From positions 638-64,637 of the forward strand of contig DIUZ01000023.1 in NCBI GenBank assembly GCA_002423205.1: a stretch of DNA of 64,000 nt. The letters are read 5' to 3'. Both the position numbers and the translations under genes were made by a program. The notes beneath the pieces were generated by a model that saw only the letters and a program-made list of their open reading frames with translations, was not told the DNA's origin and searched no databases. This document shows, piece after piece, positions 27,422-36,749 of the stretch. Source of the DNA: Micavibrio sp. UBA6145. GTDB lineage: Bacteria > Pseudomonadota > Alphaproteobacteria > Micavibrionales > UBA1664. How positions within the stretch are numbered: the stretch's first letter is position 1; the number at the start of each line of letters is the position of its first letter.

Positions 27422-28798
27422 ATGAACATTTTCGACATCTGCCTTTTGTCCGCGTTCGTGGCTTTTGGCGTTTTCGGTTTCGTTCGCTGCCTTTCCAATC
27501 TCAAAAACAACAATCTGGAATTCCTGCCCACGCTGGGCTGGCTTTTGACGATGGCGCTGCCCTTCCTGATCGAATGGTCGTTCCTGCATCCTAATCTCAA
27601 ATACGTTCAGTTGATGGGCGTAGGCATTTTCGCGATCGTCTTTCTGGCCGGTGATGAAATTGCCGCGTCCATACGCATTGCCAAGGACAAAGCTGCACCA
27701 GCGACGACATTGGAAATCAACGCCCGCGCACTCAAAACCACCTATATTTTTCTGAGCATCAGCGTTGTTATCATGGCTGTCCATCTTGCGACATCGGCCA
27801 ATATTCCGCTGATCGAACTGCTGAAATCCAATGACGACACCGTCGCGGTTGCCGACAGGTATAATTATTACCGTAATCTGCCGCTAGGCGTGTGGTTTAC
27901 GTATGTCGTCAATTTCAACCTGTACCTGTTTATGGCCCCGGCGATTGTTTACCTGATCCATCGCCGCAAATATGCCATCGCCGGTGCAGCGCTTCTGATC
28001 GCCATCGCCTATGCATTATCGGGTACCGCCAAGGCACAATGCGTCATGATCGTGGCGCAGATTTTTGTTATGAGCATGTTCCTGCATTACAACCGCGGCA
28101 CCACAATGTACCGGCTTTTCTGGACGATGATCGTGATGCTGCTGATGCTGGCGGGGTATTATATTACCAACATGGACCGGACGTCGCTGCACAGTCCGAT
28201 TTCCAACGCTGCGCCGAAAAACACAAGCGTCAATCATATCGGCGATTATTACCGTGCCGCACAAGTGCCTGAAAGCGCACAACCGAGCCTGACCGAACGC
28301 GCCGACCGCAAAGCTCAGCATTTCTTTTATCGCAGTATCCTGACCCCGGTCGAAGTCAGCGCCCGCTGGTATGAATACTTCTATCTTTACCCGGTTATGA
28401 AGGGCACGTTTTCCCAAAACGTCATGGATTCTCGCAGCCAGAAAAGTGAACAGCCGTCCAACGTGGTCGGTAAATGGGCCTATCATGAGCGTTTCCCCAC
28501 GCATTATTATGATTCCATTCACGCCTATTCATCCATAGATGCGGATTCTTTTGCCCGTTTCGGCGTGTTCGGCTGGTTCATTGCGGGCATTCTTTATCTG
28601 GCCGTGCGTATCGGCATGGCTGCCATTTATGATCCACGATCACCTGTTCAGGCGATTATGTATGGCACGACCCTGATCCTGATTGGCGGCATGACGGCCA
28701 GCGCATCCATTCAAGCATTGCTGTTGCCTAATGGTCTGATCGCGTGCGTGGCTATCATGCTTATACTGACCATTGTCGAGAGACGTCAATATGCGTGA
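27422..28798 (+). CDS. polytopic membrane protein, putative repeat-unit polymerase (Wzy-like)
   Basis: About ten or more hydrophobic segments with a large hydrophilic loop near residues 255-350. Visibly AT-rich with unusual codon usage. It is the first gene of the glycan locus. No sharp motif was found. Confidence 0.45.
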   Translation: MNIFDICLLSAFVAFGVFGFVRCLSNLKNNNLEFLPTLGWLLTMALPFLIEWSFLHPNLKYVQLMGVGIFAIVFLAGDEIAASIRIAKDKAAPATTLEINARALKTTYIFLSISVVIMAVHLATSANIPLIELLKSNDDTVAVADRYNYYRNLPLGVWFTYVVNFNLYLFMAPAIVYLIHRRKYAIAGAALLIAIAYALSGTAKAQCVMIVAQIFVMSMFLHYNRGTTMYRLFWTMIVMLLMLAGYYITNMDRTSLHSPISNAAPKNTSVNHIGDYYRAAQVPESAQPSLTERADRKAQHFFYRSILTPVEVSARWYEYFYLYPVMKGTFSQNVMDSRSQKSEQPSNVVGKWAYHERFPTHYYDSIHAYSSIDADSFARFGVFGWFIAGILYLAVRIGMAAIYDPRSPVQAIMYGTTLILIGGMTASASIQALLLPNGLIACVAIMLILTIVERRQYA

Positions 28799-30104
28799 AA
28801 CGCTCTTTGCCAGGCTATGGGCCTATGCAGGATGCCTGCTGTTCTTTGTCACCATTTTTGCGGGCAATTTTAACCTGTGCCGTTTTTATCTGCTAGCCAG
28901 CCCTGAGACTATCTGCGCGCAGCCTATAATGCTGAGATATCTCAGCATCTTTCTTCTTTTGCTGTGGGTTTTTTATCAGCAGTGTTTTATGCATAAAACA
29001 TCCTTTTTCTACAAGCTGGAATCCCCCATCGAACGTCCATCCCTTATCGGGGCCGGATTGTTTGTCGTCACCGTAGGCATATCGCTACTGACCAATGCTT
29101 CGGTAATAGACGCAGGCAATATATTCAGATTGTTTTCCGAATTCGCATTCATGTGTGTTTTAATTCTGCTCATTCTGATCAATTTTGCAGACAAGGCCGC
29201 GCTTGAAAGATTTTTTCGTGCAAGCGTTATAGCATCCATGGCCCTTGCCTTTATTGCTTATTCACGTATTGGCGATACCGCGACATCCGGATATGGCATT
29301 ACCACATTTTCCAGCCCGCTGGGTTTTTACAGACTACAGCTAGTGGGGTTTGTCTTTGCCTTGCATCTCTCCGTTACCAATGAGACACGTCAAAAGCAGA
29401 TCTTGTATGCTATCGCCGCCGTGATCATTGGCTTTTCCGTCCTCACAACTTATTCCAAGGCTGCCTTTGGTTTTTTCAATCTGACTGCTTTTTTGGTCGT
29501 GGCCAGCGCATTGGTGTGGAAAAATAAACGTGCCGTGGCCATCACAGTATTTATTGCCGTAGTGGTTAATTCGATTTTTGCAGCATTCCTCTCACATCCG
29601 CTGGCACAACGTCTCAAGGCTCTTAACCACACGGGATCCGTATATCGAAAAGGCCCCGGCTGTGATCTGACGCTTTTTGATAAATGCTATATCGACTATA
29701 CCCATCGCATTCCATTGTTTAAGGAAACCCTGACATGGCACGAAGGTGGATTGTTTTTTGGTAAAGGCTATGGCGAATTCAATTTACCAGAGTCTAAATT
29801 AAACTGGCGTTATGATCCTGAGGATTTCGTTGCTTATACGTACCCACATAATGTCCTTTTAGACATTCTGTATTCTTTCGGCCTCATCCCTCTTATTGCC
29901 TTTATTTTAATGTCACTGGTTTTTGCCCGTTACCTTTTTGCTCAAGCAACGCATATTCTTTTTGTACTGCCTATAATCTTGCTTCTTGCGTTACAGTTTG
30001 CCGGCGACATTATTGAGTTGCGCCTTCTTTTCGTTATTTTTGTTATTGTAAAACTGTACCAGAAACTTGCGCGAGCGCCGGAACCCCATGGCCAGGTTCT
30101 TTAA
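28791..30104 (+). CDS. O-antigen ligase / Wzy_C-family membrane protein
   Basis: Polytopic. The loop FGKGYGEF, then YPHNVLLDILYSFGLIPLIAF, resembles the Wzy_C signature (HN..L......G..G). The ATG at 28791 overlaps the upstream stop; a TTG at 28773 is also possible. Confidence 0.6.
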   Translation: MRETLFARLWAYAGCLLFFVTIFAGNFNLCRFYLLASPETICAQPIMLRYLSIFLLLLWVFYQQCFMHKTSFFYKLESPIERPSLIGAGLFVVTVGISLLTNASVIDAGNIFRLFSEFAFMCVLILLILINFADKAALERFFRASVIASMALAFIAYSRIGDTATSGYGITTFSSPLGFYRLQLVGFVFALHLSVTNETRQKQILYAIAAVIIGFSVLTTYSKAAFGFFNLTAFLVVASALVWKNKRAVAITVFIAVVVNSIFAAFLSHPLAQRLKALNHTGSVYRKGPGCDLTLFDKCYIDYTHRIPLFKETLTWHEGGLFFGKGYGEFNLPESKLNWRYDPEDFVAYTYPHNVLLDILYSFGLIPLIAFILMSLVFARYLFAQATHILFVLPIILLLALQFAGDIIELRLLFVIFVIVKLYQKLARAPEPHGQVL

Positions 30105-31530
30105 AGACACCGCCTTTCTGTTTCTTGGCACTGCGTTTTCGCAGTTGATTGCGGCCCTGCTTATTCCGGTACTGGGCCGACTGTATGCGCCGGCTGAATA
30201 CGGTATCTACAGCACGGTGTTCAGCATCGCCGTTATTTTGTCAGTTTGCATGTCGCTGCGCTTTGAGAATGCCCTGATCCTTCCCAAAAAAGATCTGGCC
30301 GCAGGTGCATTACTGCGATTTGTCCTGTTTTTGGTTTTGATTATCTTTGGCATCAGCACAATTGTGTTTACGGGGGTCAGTCTTCTTGCGCCGCAGGGGC
30401 ATGATGTCATGCAATGGCTGTGGGTGGTGCCGTTGCTGGCAGCGGGGATGAACCTTGTCCAGACGGGCATGCTTTTCGGTAACCGTCACCAGCGTTATAA
30501 GACCGTCGCGGTCAACGCCATTACATTGCAGGCAGCATACGGCATTGCCGCAGTTGTCATGGGGCTGGCCAGTCTTGGTGCGGTGGGGCTTATTTTTGGA
30601 CGCATCATCGGTCAGGGTGCGGCCGCCCTTCACATGTGGCCGCTAGCGCATGCGCTGAGCACGGCGCACGGCACAAAACTGACGTCTCGCAAAGGCGGTT
30701 ATTTCCTTCGCCGTTACAGGCAATTCCCGATTTACAACCTGCCCAGCACGTTGCTGATGACGGCGGCACGCGAAAGCCTTGTCATTGTTTTCGGTCTGTT
30801 TGGGTTTGCGCATGCGGCCGGTCTTGCCGGTATGGTGCGTGCGGGACTGCTTATTCCGGTCGGGCTGATGTCCGCGTCCATTGGACAGGTGTTTTTGAAA
30901 CAGGCGGTGATTCATAACGGCAAGCGCGCGTTTGCAGATTTCACATTTTGGCTGGCGGCGGGGTTGCTAATCTCAATGACGCCGGGCTTTGCTTTTTTAA
31001 TTGCGTGGGCTGACCCCATTGTGATGACCATCCTTGGTCCGGGCTGGACCGGGGCCGGAACCTATGCCGCGCTGCTGGCGCCGGTGACGCTGATGCAGGC
31101 GCTGAACATCTGGTTCATGCGTGTGCTGGAAGTCACGGGCCACCAGCATGTCAATTTCCGCCTGCAATCGGTGCTGGATACCGGGTCGATTGCCGGTGTC
31201 GTGGCGCTTTTAATGCTTGGCCATACGCCTTTGACCGCGCTTGCGTGTTATGCGTGCCTGCAGATGGTGTACCAGCTGCTGCTGACGCGGGCGGTGTTCC
31301 GGTATAGCAAGCTGTCACTCAACCGGTTTCTGGCCATGATCGGAGGGGCTTTGGCTGTTTCATCCCTGCCCCTTGGACTTCATGTCCTTTTTGGGGACAG
31401 CACAAATATGGGTGCGCAATTTGTCCGCGAAGGCGCGGTGATGCTTGTTATGACACTGATTTTAAGTGTATTTTTCCTGGCCAGACTGAAACGTGCCCAA
31501 GCCGCGTACCTGGCTGAACCGGAGATTTGA
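30088..31530 (+). CDS. wzx: oligosaccharide flippase (Wzx, MOP superfamily)
   Basis: N-terminus FKDTAFLFLGTAFSQLIAALLIPVLGRLYAPAEYGIY with about 12-14 transmembrane segments. The ATG at 30088 overlaps the upstream gene. Confidence 0.7.
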   Translation: MARFFKDTAFLFLGTAFSQLIAALLIPVLGRLYAPAEYGIYSTVFSIAVILSVCMSLRFENALILPKKDLAAGALLRFVLFLVLIIFGISTIVFTGVSLLAPQGHDVMQWLWVVPLLAAGMNLVQTGMLFGNRHQRYKTVAVNAITLQAAYGIAAVVMGLASLGAVGLIFGRIIGQGAAALHMWPLAHALSTAHGTKLTSRKGGYFLRRYRQFPIYNLPSTLLMTAARESLVIVFGLFGFAHAAGLAGMVRAGLLIPVGLMSASIGQVFLKQAVIHNGKRAFADFTFWLAAGLLISMTPGFAFLIAWADPIVMTILGPGWTGAGTYAALLAPVTLMQALNIWFMRVLEVTGHQHVNFRLQSVLDTGSIAGVVALLMLGHTPLTALACYACLQMVYQLLLTRAVFRYSKLSLNRFLAMIGGALAVSSLPLGLHVLFGDSTNMGAQFVREGAVMLVMTLILSVFFLARLKRAQAAYLAEPEI

Positions 31531-32789
31531 TTATCATGCGTGTATGGGTTGTTTCCGTTGGCGAACCGTTGCCTTTTGATGAAGGGCATCCGCGGCTTTT
31601 GCGCGCCGGTATTCTGGCCCGGATGATGGCCGCGCGCGGCCATGATGTGACATGGTGGTCATCGACCGTCATTCACATGCAAAAGACTTTGCGGTTCAAT
31701 GAAACGACCGTGGTGCCGCAAGGGCCGAACCTGAATATCGTGTGCCTGCACGGCGGGCTGTACACCAAGAATATTTCCATCGCGCGCATTGCAAATCAGG
31801 TACGCCTTGCCTTCGCATTCTTCGGCAAGGCCAAGACCATGCCCAAGCCGGATGTCATTTTCTGTGCCATGCCGACGATTGAATTTTGCACGGCCGCCGT
31901 TCTTTTGAAAAAGCAGACGGGTGCCAAGGTCGTCATGGACGTACGTGATTACTGGCCCGATATCTGGGAAGAAGCTGCCCCTGAAAAATGGCGCTGGCTT
32001 GCCAAGCTGTTCATCGCGCCGTGGCAGTTCATGCTGCGTTGGTCGCTGATGCGTGCGGACCGCGTCATGGGTTTCACCGATCTTGCCGTAGACTGGGCGT
32101 TTTCAAAAGTCAGCCGTAAGCGCACGCCTGCCGATATGGGCGTACCCATGGCTTACGAATTGCAGAAATTTGACGAAGACGTGATGCAAAAGGCCCGTGC
32201 GGGATGGGATGCACGCGGCATCGACACCAAAAAAACTACGATTTGCATGATCGGCACGCTGACATCGCGCTTTGCTCATCTGATGCATGACGCCATTGAG
32301 GCCGTACGCCTGATACCGGCTGAACAGCGCAAGAATTTCCGCCTTGTTTTTGCCGGCACCGGCGAAGCGGCGGAGGGGCTGAAAGACGCCGCCAGGGATC
32401 TGCCGGAGATCATTTTCCCGGGCTGGATCGGCGCGCCGGATATCCAGACATTGATGGAGCGCAGCTGCGCCGGGCTTTTGCCGTATCCGAACACGGCGGA
32501 TTTTCTGGTCGCAATGCCGAACAAGTCGATTGAATATCTGGCTGGTGGTTTGCCGATCATGAGTTGCCTGCGCGGGCAGATCGGCAAGCTGATTAACACG
32601 GAAGATTGCGGCTTTTCGTACACCGAAGGTGATGTCACGAGTCTTGCCACCCAGTTTCAGCGTGCGCTCAATGAACCCGATACATTTGAAGACAAGGGCC
32701 ACAAGGCCCGCGCCCTGTATGACCGGCGCTTTACACCGGACGCTGTTTACGGCGGCCTGATCGACGCATTGGAGAATCTGAAAAAATGA
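31527..32789 (+). CDS. glycosyltransferase family 4
   Basis: GT-B pattern, with C-terminal FPGWIG...LLPY...MPNKSIEYLAGGLPIMS (the E-x7-E-like region). The start overlaps the wzx stop. Confidence 0.75.
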   Translation: MIIMRVWVVSVGEPLPFDEGHPRLLRAGILARMMAARGHDVTWWSSTVIHMQKTLRFNETTVVPQGPNLNIVCLHGGLYTKNISIARIANQVRLAFAFFGKAKTMPKPDVIFCAMPTIEFCTAAVLLKKQTGAKVVMDVRDYWPDIWEEAAPEKWRWLAKLFIAPWQFMLRWSLMRADRVMGFTDLAVDWAFSKVSRKRTPADMGVPMAYELQKFDEDVMQKARAGWDARGIDTKKTTICMIGTLTSRFAHLMHDAIEAVRLIPAEQRKNFRLVFAGTGEAAEGLKDAARDLPEIIFPGWIGAPDIQTLMERSCAGLLPYPNTADFLVAMPNKSIEYLAGGLPIMSCLRGQIGKLINTEDCGFSYTEGDVTSLATQFQRALNEPDTFEDKGHKARALYDRRFTPDAVYGGLIDALENLKK

Positions 32790-33904
32790 CTTACCCGATT
32801 GAAAAAAGCACCGGTTTCGGGTTTTTCCGCGGACGCGTGGCTCTGGCCTGCGCCCTTAAGGCGCTGAATGTCGGTCCCGGCGATATGGTCGCCGTGCAGG
32901 CGTTTACGTGCTCGGCACTGGCCGAAGCGATTTTGTCCATCGATGCAGTGCCGCTTTGGATCGACATCACGGCAGACGGTTACACGATGGATGCCGGCGA
33001 TCTTGAGAAGAAGCTGTCGCAGGCGTCAAACGTCAAAGCGCTGATCGTGCAGCACACGTATGGTTTTGCGGCGGACATGGACGCGCTGATGGGCGTGGCC
33101 GCGAAATATCATTTGCCGGTGATAGAGGATTGCTGCCACACGCTGTTCACGCGCTGGGGCGGCAAACAGGTCGGGCGTTTTGGCGTTGCCGCATTTTATT
33201 CATTCGAGGCGGGCAAACCGCTGGTTGCCGGTCTTGGCGGCTGGCTGCGCGTCAACAATCCGCATCTGTATGAAAAAGTCGCCGAACTGCATAAACAATA
33301 TGAACAGCCGGGTTTGTTTGAACAGGTGCGTACGCTGGCGATGTTCATTGCGTATTCCATCCTGTACCGCCCATCGACCTTCTGGGCGATCAAGCGTGTG
33401 TTCCGCATGCTGGCCAAATACGGCATCGTGCGCGGCAATTACAACACGGTCGAGGTCGACGATGCCGCCAGCACACCGACGCTGGACTTAAGCGATTTCA
33501 CTAAGGGCCTAGGCCACTTGCAGGAAAAAACTGTGTTCCTGCGCCAGCGCGCAGCAGAACGGTCCATCAGTCACCGCAACCGTGCGGCGGCGGCCTATGC
33601 CCGCAACTTCCCGCTTCGTCATGATGCTCGCGCCGAAAATGTGGTGCTAAAATACCCAGTGCTGGTTCCAAAAAAGGAAGCCACGTTGAAGCAGGCAGAA
33701 GAGAACAGTATCGAATTGTCGGACAATTATTCCACGCCCGTGCATCCCTATGAGGGGCGCGAACTTGAGATGGCGCGGTATGTGATGGGGTCGTGCCCGA
33801 ATGCCGAGAAAAAAGCCAACCATGTCGTAGCTTTACCATGCCCGGTGTCGTTCAACGACAAGGCCATCACAAAATCCATTGCCTTTTTACGGAGCCAGAT
33901 ATGA
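32786..33904 (+). CDS. DegT/DnrJ/EryC1/StrS-family PLP-dependent enzyme (divergent)
   Basis: GPGDMVAVQAFTCSALAEAI...LPVIEDCCHTL...AFYSFEAGKPLVAGLGG follows the DegT layout, including a candidate Schiff-base Lys. Confidence 0.65.
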   Translation: MTYPIEKSTGFGFFRGRVALACALKALNVGPGDMVAVQAFTCSALAEAILSIDAVPLWIDITADGYTMDAGDLEKKLSQASNVKALIVQHTYGFAADMDALMGVAAKYHLPVIEDCCHTLFTRWGGKQVGRFGVAAFYSFEAGKPLVAGLGGWLRVNNPHLYEKVAELHKQYEQPGLFEQVRTLAMFIAYSILYRPSTFWAIKRVFRMLAKYGIVRGNYNTVEVDDAASTPTLDLSDFTKGLGHLQEKTVFLRQRAAERSISHRNRAAAAYARNFPLRHDARAENVVLKYPVLVPKKEATLKQAEENSIELSDNYSTPVHPYEGRELEMARYVMGSCPNAEKKANHVVALPCPVSFNDKAITKSIAFLRSQI

Positions 33905-34680
33905 GCGCAGCCAAGGATTTTTACCCGGAAATCACCGAACAGATCGGCGATCCAGTATCAGAAGAAGAGCGCCGCCGTTTGTTTGACCGTTATCACTGGG
34001 TTCGTGATTACTGCGCCAACAAACACGTGCTGGAGATTGCCTGCGGTACCGCGCAGGGGCTGAATTTTCTGGTTAAAACCGCGCCAGCCACCGGCGTCGG
34101 CGGCGATGTCAGTGCGACCAACCTTGTGATTGCCAAGCAGAATTTCCCACAGCTTGACCTGCAAAAGATCGATGCGCATCACCTGCCTTTTGGCGAGCAG
34201 TCCTTCGACGTAATCGTCATGCTGGAGGCGTTGTACTTCCTGGACAGCCCGCGCCAGTTTCTGGCCGAGGCGCGCCGCGTCATGCGTGCGGGGGGCAAGC
34301 TTTTGCTGACCATAAACAACAAGGACATGTTCAATTTCAGCCCGTCCAGCTTTGGCAAAAACTATTTCGGCGTGCCGGATATCGTTTCATTCCTGCGTGA
34401 AAACGGCTTTACCGCCGATGTCTGGGGCGGCATTGCTGTGCCGAAGACGGAACTGCGCCAGTCGGTACTAGGCATGGTCAAGACCGTTGTCACGAAGCTG
34501 GGCCTCCTGCCTAAGACCAAGCGCGGCAAGCGCCTGCTCAAGAAGATCATGTACGGTGAACAAACCCCGCTGGAGGCGCAAATCCCGATGGATTACGCGC
34601 GTCCGAACCTGACCAAGCTGGATGCACATTTACGCAACAGCCAATATAAAATACTGTATGTAGCAGCGACCCCGATCTGA
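33901..34680 (+). CDS. class I SAM-dependent methyltransferase
   Basis: VLEIACGTAQGLNFL is motif I, and FDVIVMLEALYFL is a later motif. The ATG at 33901 overlaps the upstream stop (ATGA). Confidence 0.75.
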   Translation: MSAAKDFYPEITEQIGDPVSEEERRRLFDRYHWVRDYCANKHVLEIACGTAQGLNFLVKTAPATGVGGDVSATNLVIAKQNFPQLDLQKIDAHHLPFGEQSFDVIVMLEALYFLDSPRQFLAEARRVMRAGGKLLLTINNKDMFNFSPSSFGKNYFGVPDIVSFLRENGFTADVWGGIAVPKTELRQSVLGMVKTVVTKLGLLPKTKRGKRLLKKIMYGEQTPLEAQIPMDYARPNLTKLDAHLRNSQYKILYVAATPI

Positions 34681-34692
34681 AGGATTTAAAGT

Positions 34693-35433
34693 ATGAAGCG
34701 TTTGTTTGACATTGTTGCCTCTGCTGCCGGCCTGCTGGTGTTCAGCCCGGTTCTGTTCGTATTCATGTATCTGGTCTGGCGTCAGGACGGGCATTCGCCA
34801 TTTTATATGGGTGAACGCGTGGGCGAGAACGAGAAACCGTTCAAAATGGTCAAACTGCGTTCGATGGTGAAAAACGCCGATAAATCCGGCGTGGATTCTA
34901 CCGGCGCGAACGACATGCGTATCACCCGTGTCGGCCAATTGATCCGCAAATATAAGCTGGATGAAGTCACGCAGCTCTGGAACGTGCTGATCGGCGACAT
35001 GTCGCTGGTCGGTCCCCGCCCGAACGTCAAACGCGAAACCGATTTGTACACGGTTGAAGAGAAAAAACTGCTGCGCGTGCGCCCGGGTATCACCGATATC
35101 GCGTCGATCGTGTTTTCGGACGAAGGCGACATCCTTAAGGATCAGGCCGATCCGGATCTGGCTTACAACCAGTTGATCCGCCCGTACAAGAGCCGCCTTG
35201 GCATCCTGTATGTCGAGAACGCGAACATCGTGCTCGATATCCGCCTGATCATCCTGACGGTCGTAGCGATCCTTGACCGCAAGAGCGCGCTGAACGCGGT
35301 TCAGAAGATCTTGGCCGAACTGGGTACACCGAACGACCTGCGCGAGGTCTCCAAGCGCGAGGCACCGCTGCAACCGGCCCCCCCCCCGGGTGCCCAGAAC
35401 GTGGTCATGACCCGCGACGCCATCGCCGCCTAA
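34693..35433 (+). CDS. small (monotopic) phosphoglycosyl transferase, bacterial sugar transferase family
   Basis: KRLFDIVASAAGLLVFSPVLF...KMVKLRSM...RITRVGQLIRKYKLDEVTQLWNVLIGDMSLVGPRP is the canonical PglC/WbaP C-domain pattern. Confidence 0.85.
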   Translation: MKRLFDIVASAAGLLVFSPVLFVFMYLVWRQDGHSPFYMGERVGENEKPFKMVKLRSMVKNADKSGVDSTGANDMRITRVGQLIRKYKLDEVTQLWNVLIGDMSLVGPRPNVKRETDLYTVEEKKLLRVRPGITDIASIVFSDEGDILKDQADPDLAYNQLIRPYKSRLGILYVENANIVLDIRLIILTVVAILDRKSALNAVQKILAELGTPNDLREVSKREAPLQPAPPPGAQNVVMTRDAIAA

Positions 35434-35597
35434 ACCACCCGTTTTTCCGTTTCATGACGCCGCGCAGCCACAATGTTGCACGGCGTCACTGTTTATACTG
35501 ATTATGTGAAGTGTTATCCCCTGAAATCACATGCTGATTCATTGACTTTGACCCTATGGATTCATTAGGGTTCCGGTTGATTTATCAGGAGATTTCT

Positions 35598-36749
35598 ATG
35601 ACTGCCGCACAGCCCCTTAAAGTACATGAAAGCCTGGACGCGTATCAGCGCCAGATCCCGTTTTTCAACTACCCGTCGCTGTTCAAACAACACGAAGAAG
35701 ATTACGTGCGCATCTTCCGCGACGTCGGCAGCCGCGGTGCCTACATCCTGCAAAAGGACCTGAGCCAGTTCGAAGAGAATTTGAAAAAATTCCTCAACGT
35801 CAAACACGTCTTCGGCACCAATGACGGCACCAACGCCATCATGATCGGTTTCATGGCCATCGGCCTGCAGCCGGGCGACGAAGTCATCTGCTCGTCCCAC
35901 ACCTACATCGCAACCGCATCGGCCGCGCAAATTCTGGGCGCGAAAGCCGTGCCGTGCGATATCGGTTACGACAACATGATGGACGCGAAAGACGTTGAGA
36001 AACGCATTACGTCGAAAACCAAGGTCATCATCCCGACGCAGTTGAACGGCCGTACCTGCAACATGGATGAGATCCAGGCGCTGGCTGACAAGCACGGCCT
36101 GATTGTCTGCGAAGACGCAGCACAGGCGCTGGGTTCGAAATTCAAGGGCCGCAATGCCGGTACCTTCGGCAAATTCGGTACATTCAGCTTTTACCCGGCC
36201 AAGGTGCTGGGCTGCTTCGGCGACGGCGGTGCAGTTGTCACCAATGACGACGAGATCGCCGCGAAACTCTATGCCCTGCGCGACCACGGCCGCGACGAAC
36301 AAGGCAATGTTGTCATGTGGGCGACCAATGCCCGCCTTGATAACCTGCAGGCCGCATGGCTCGATTTCAAACTGCAGTCGTATCCGCAGGATATTGATCG
36401 CCGCCGCGAAGTTGCGCGCATGTATCACGAAGGCCTGAAAGATGTGAAGCAGCTGACGCTGCCGCAGGGTCCGGATCAGAACCCGGATCACTTCGACATC
36501 TACCAGAACTACGAACTGGCTGCCGACCGCCGCGATGAGCTGCGCGTTTACCTGAAAGACAAAGGTATCGGTTCGATCATGCAGTGGGCCGGTACGCCGC
36601 TGCACAAGTTCGACAAACTTTATGCGCCGCAATCGATTCCGGGCGTCGAGAAATTCTTTGAACGCTGCCTGATGATTCCGATGAACGTCACGCTGACCGA
36701 CGAAGATATTCAGTACATCATCAATACGATTAAGGAATTTTACGCTTGA
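35598..36749 (+). CDS. DegT/DnrJ/EryC1/StrS-family sugar aminotransferase
   Basis: GTNDGTNAIMIG, LIVCEDAAQALGS and TFSFYPAKVLGCFGDGGAV (PLP Lys). The ATG at 35598 is preceded by AGGAG. Confidence 0.85.
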   Translation: MTAAQPLKVHESLDAYQRQIPFFNYPSLFKQHEEDYVRIFRDVGSRGAYILQKDLSQFEENLKKFLNVKHVFGTNDGTNAIMIGFMAIGLQPGDEVICSSHTYIATASAAQILGAKAVPCDIGYDNMMDAKDVEKRITSKTKVIIPTQLNGRTCNMDEIQALADKHGLIVCEDAAQALGSKFKGRNAGTFGKFGTFSFYPAKVLGCFGDGGAVVTNDDEIAAKLYALRDHGRDEQGNVVMWATNARLDNLQAAWLDFKLQSYPQDIDRRREVARMYHEGLKDVKQLTLPQGPDQNPDHFDIYQNYELAADRRDELRVYLKDKGIGSIMQWAGTPLHKFDKLYAPQSIPGVEKFFERCLMIPMNVTLTDEDIQYIINTIKEFYA

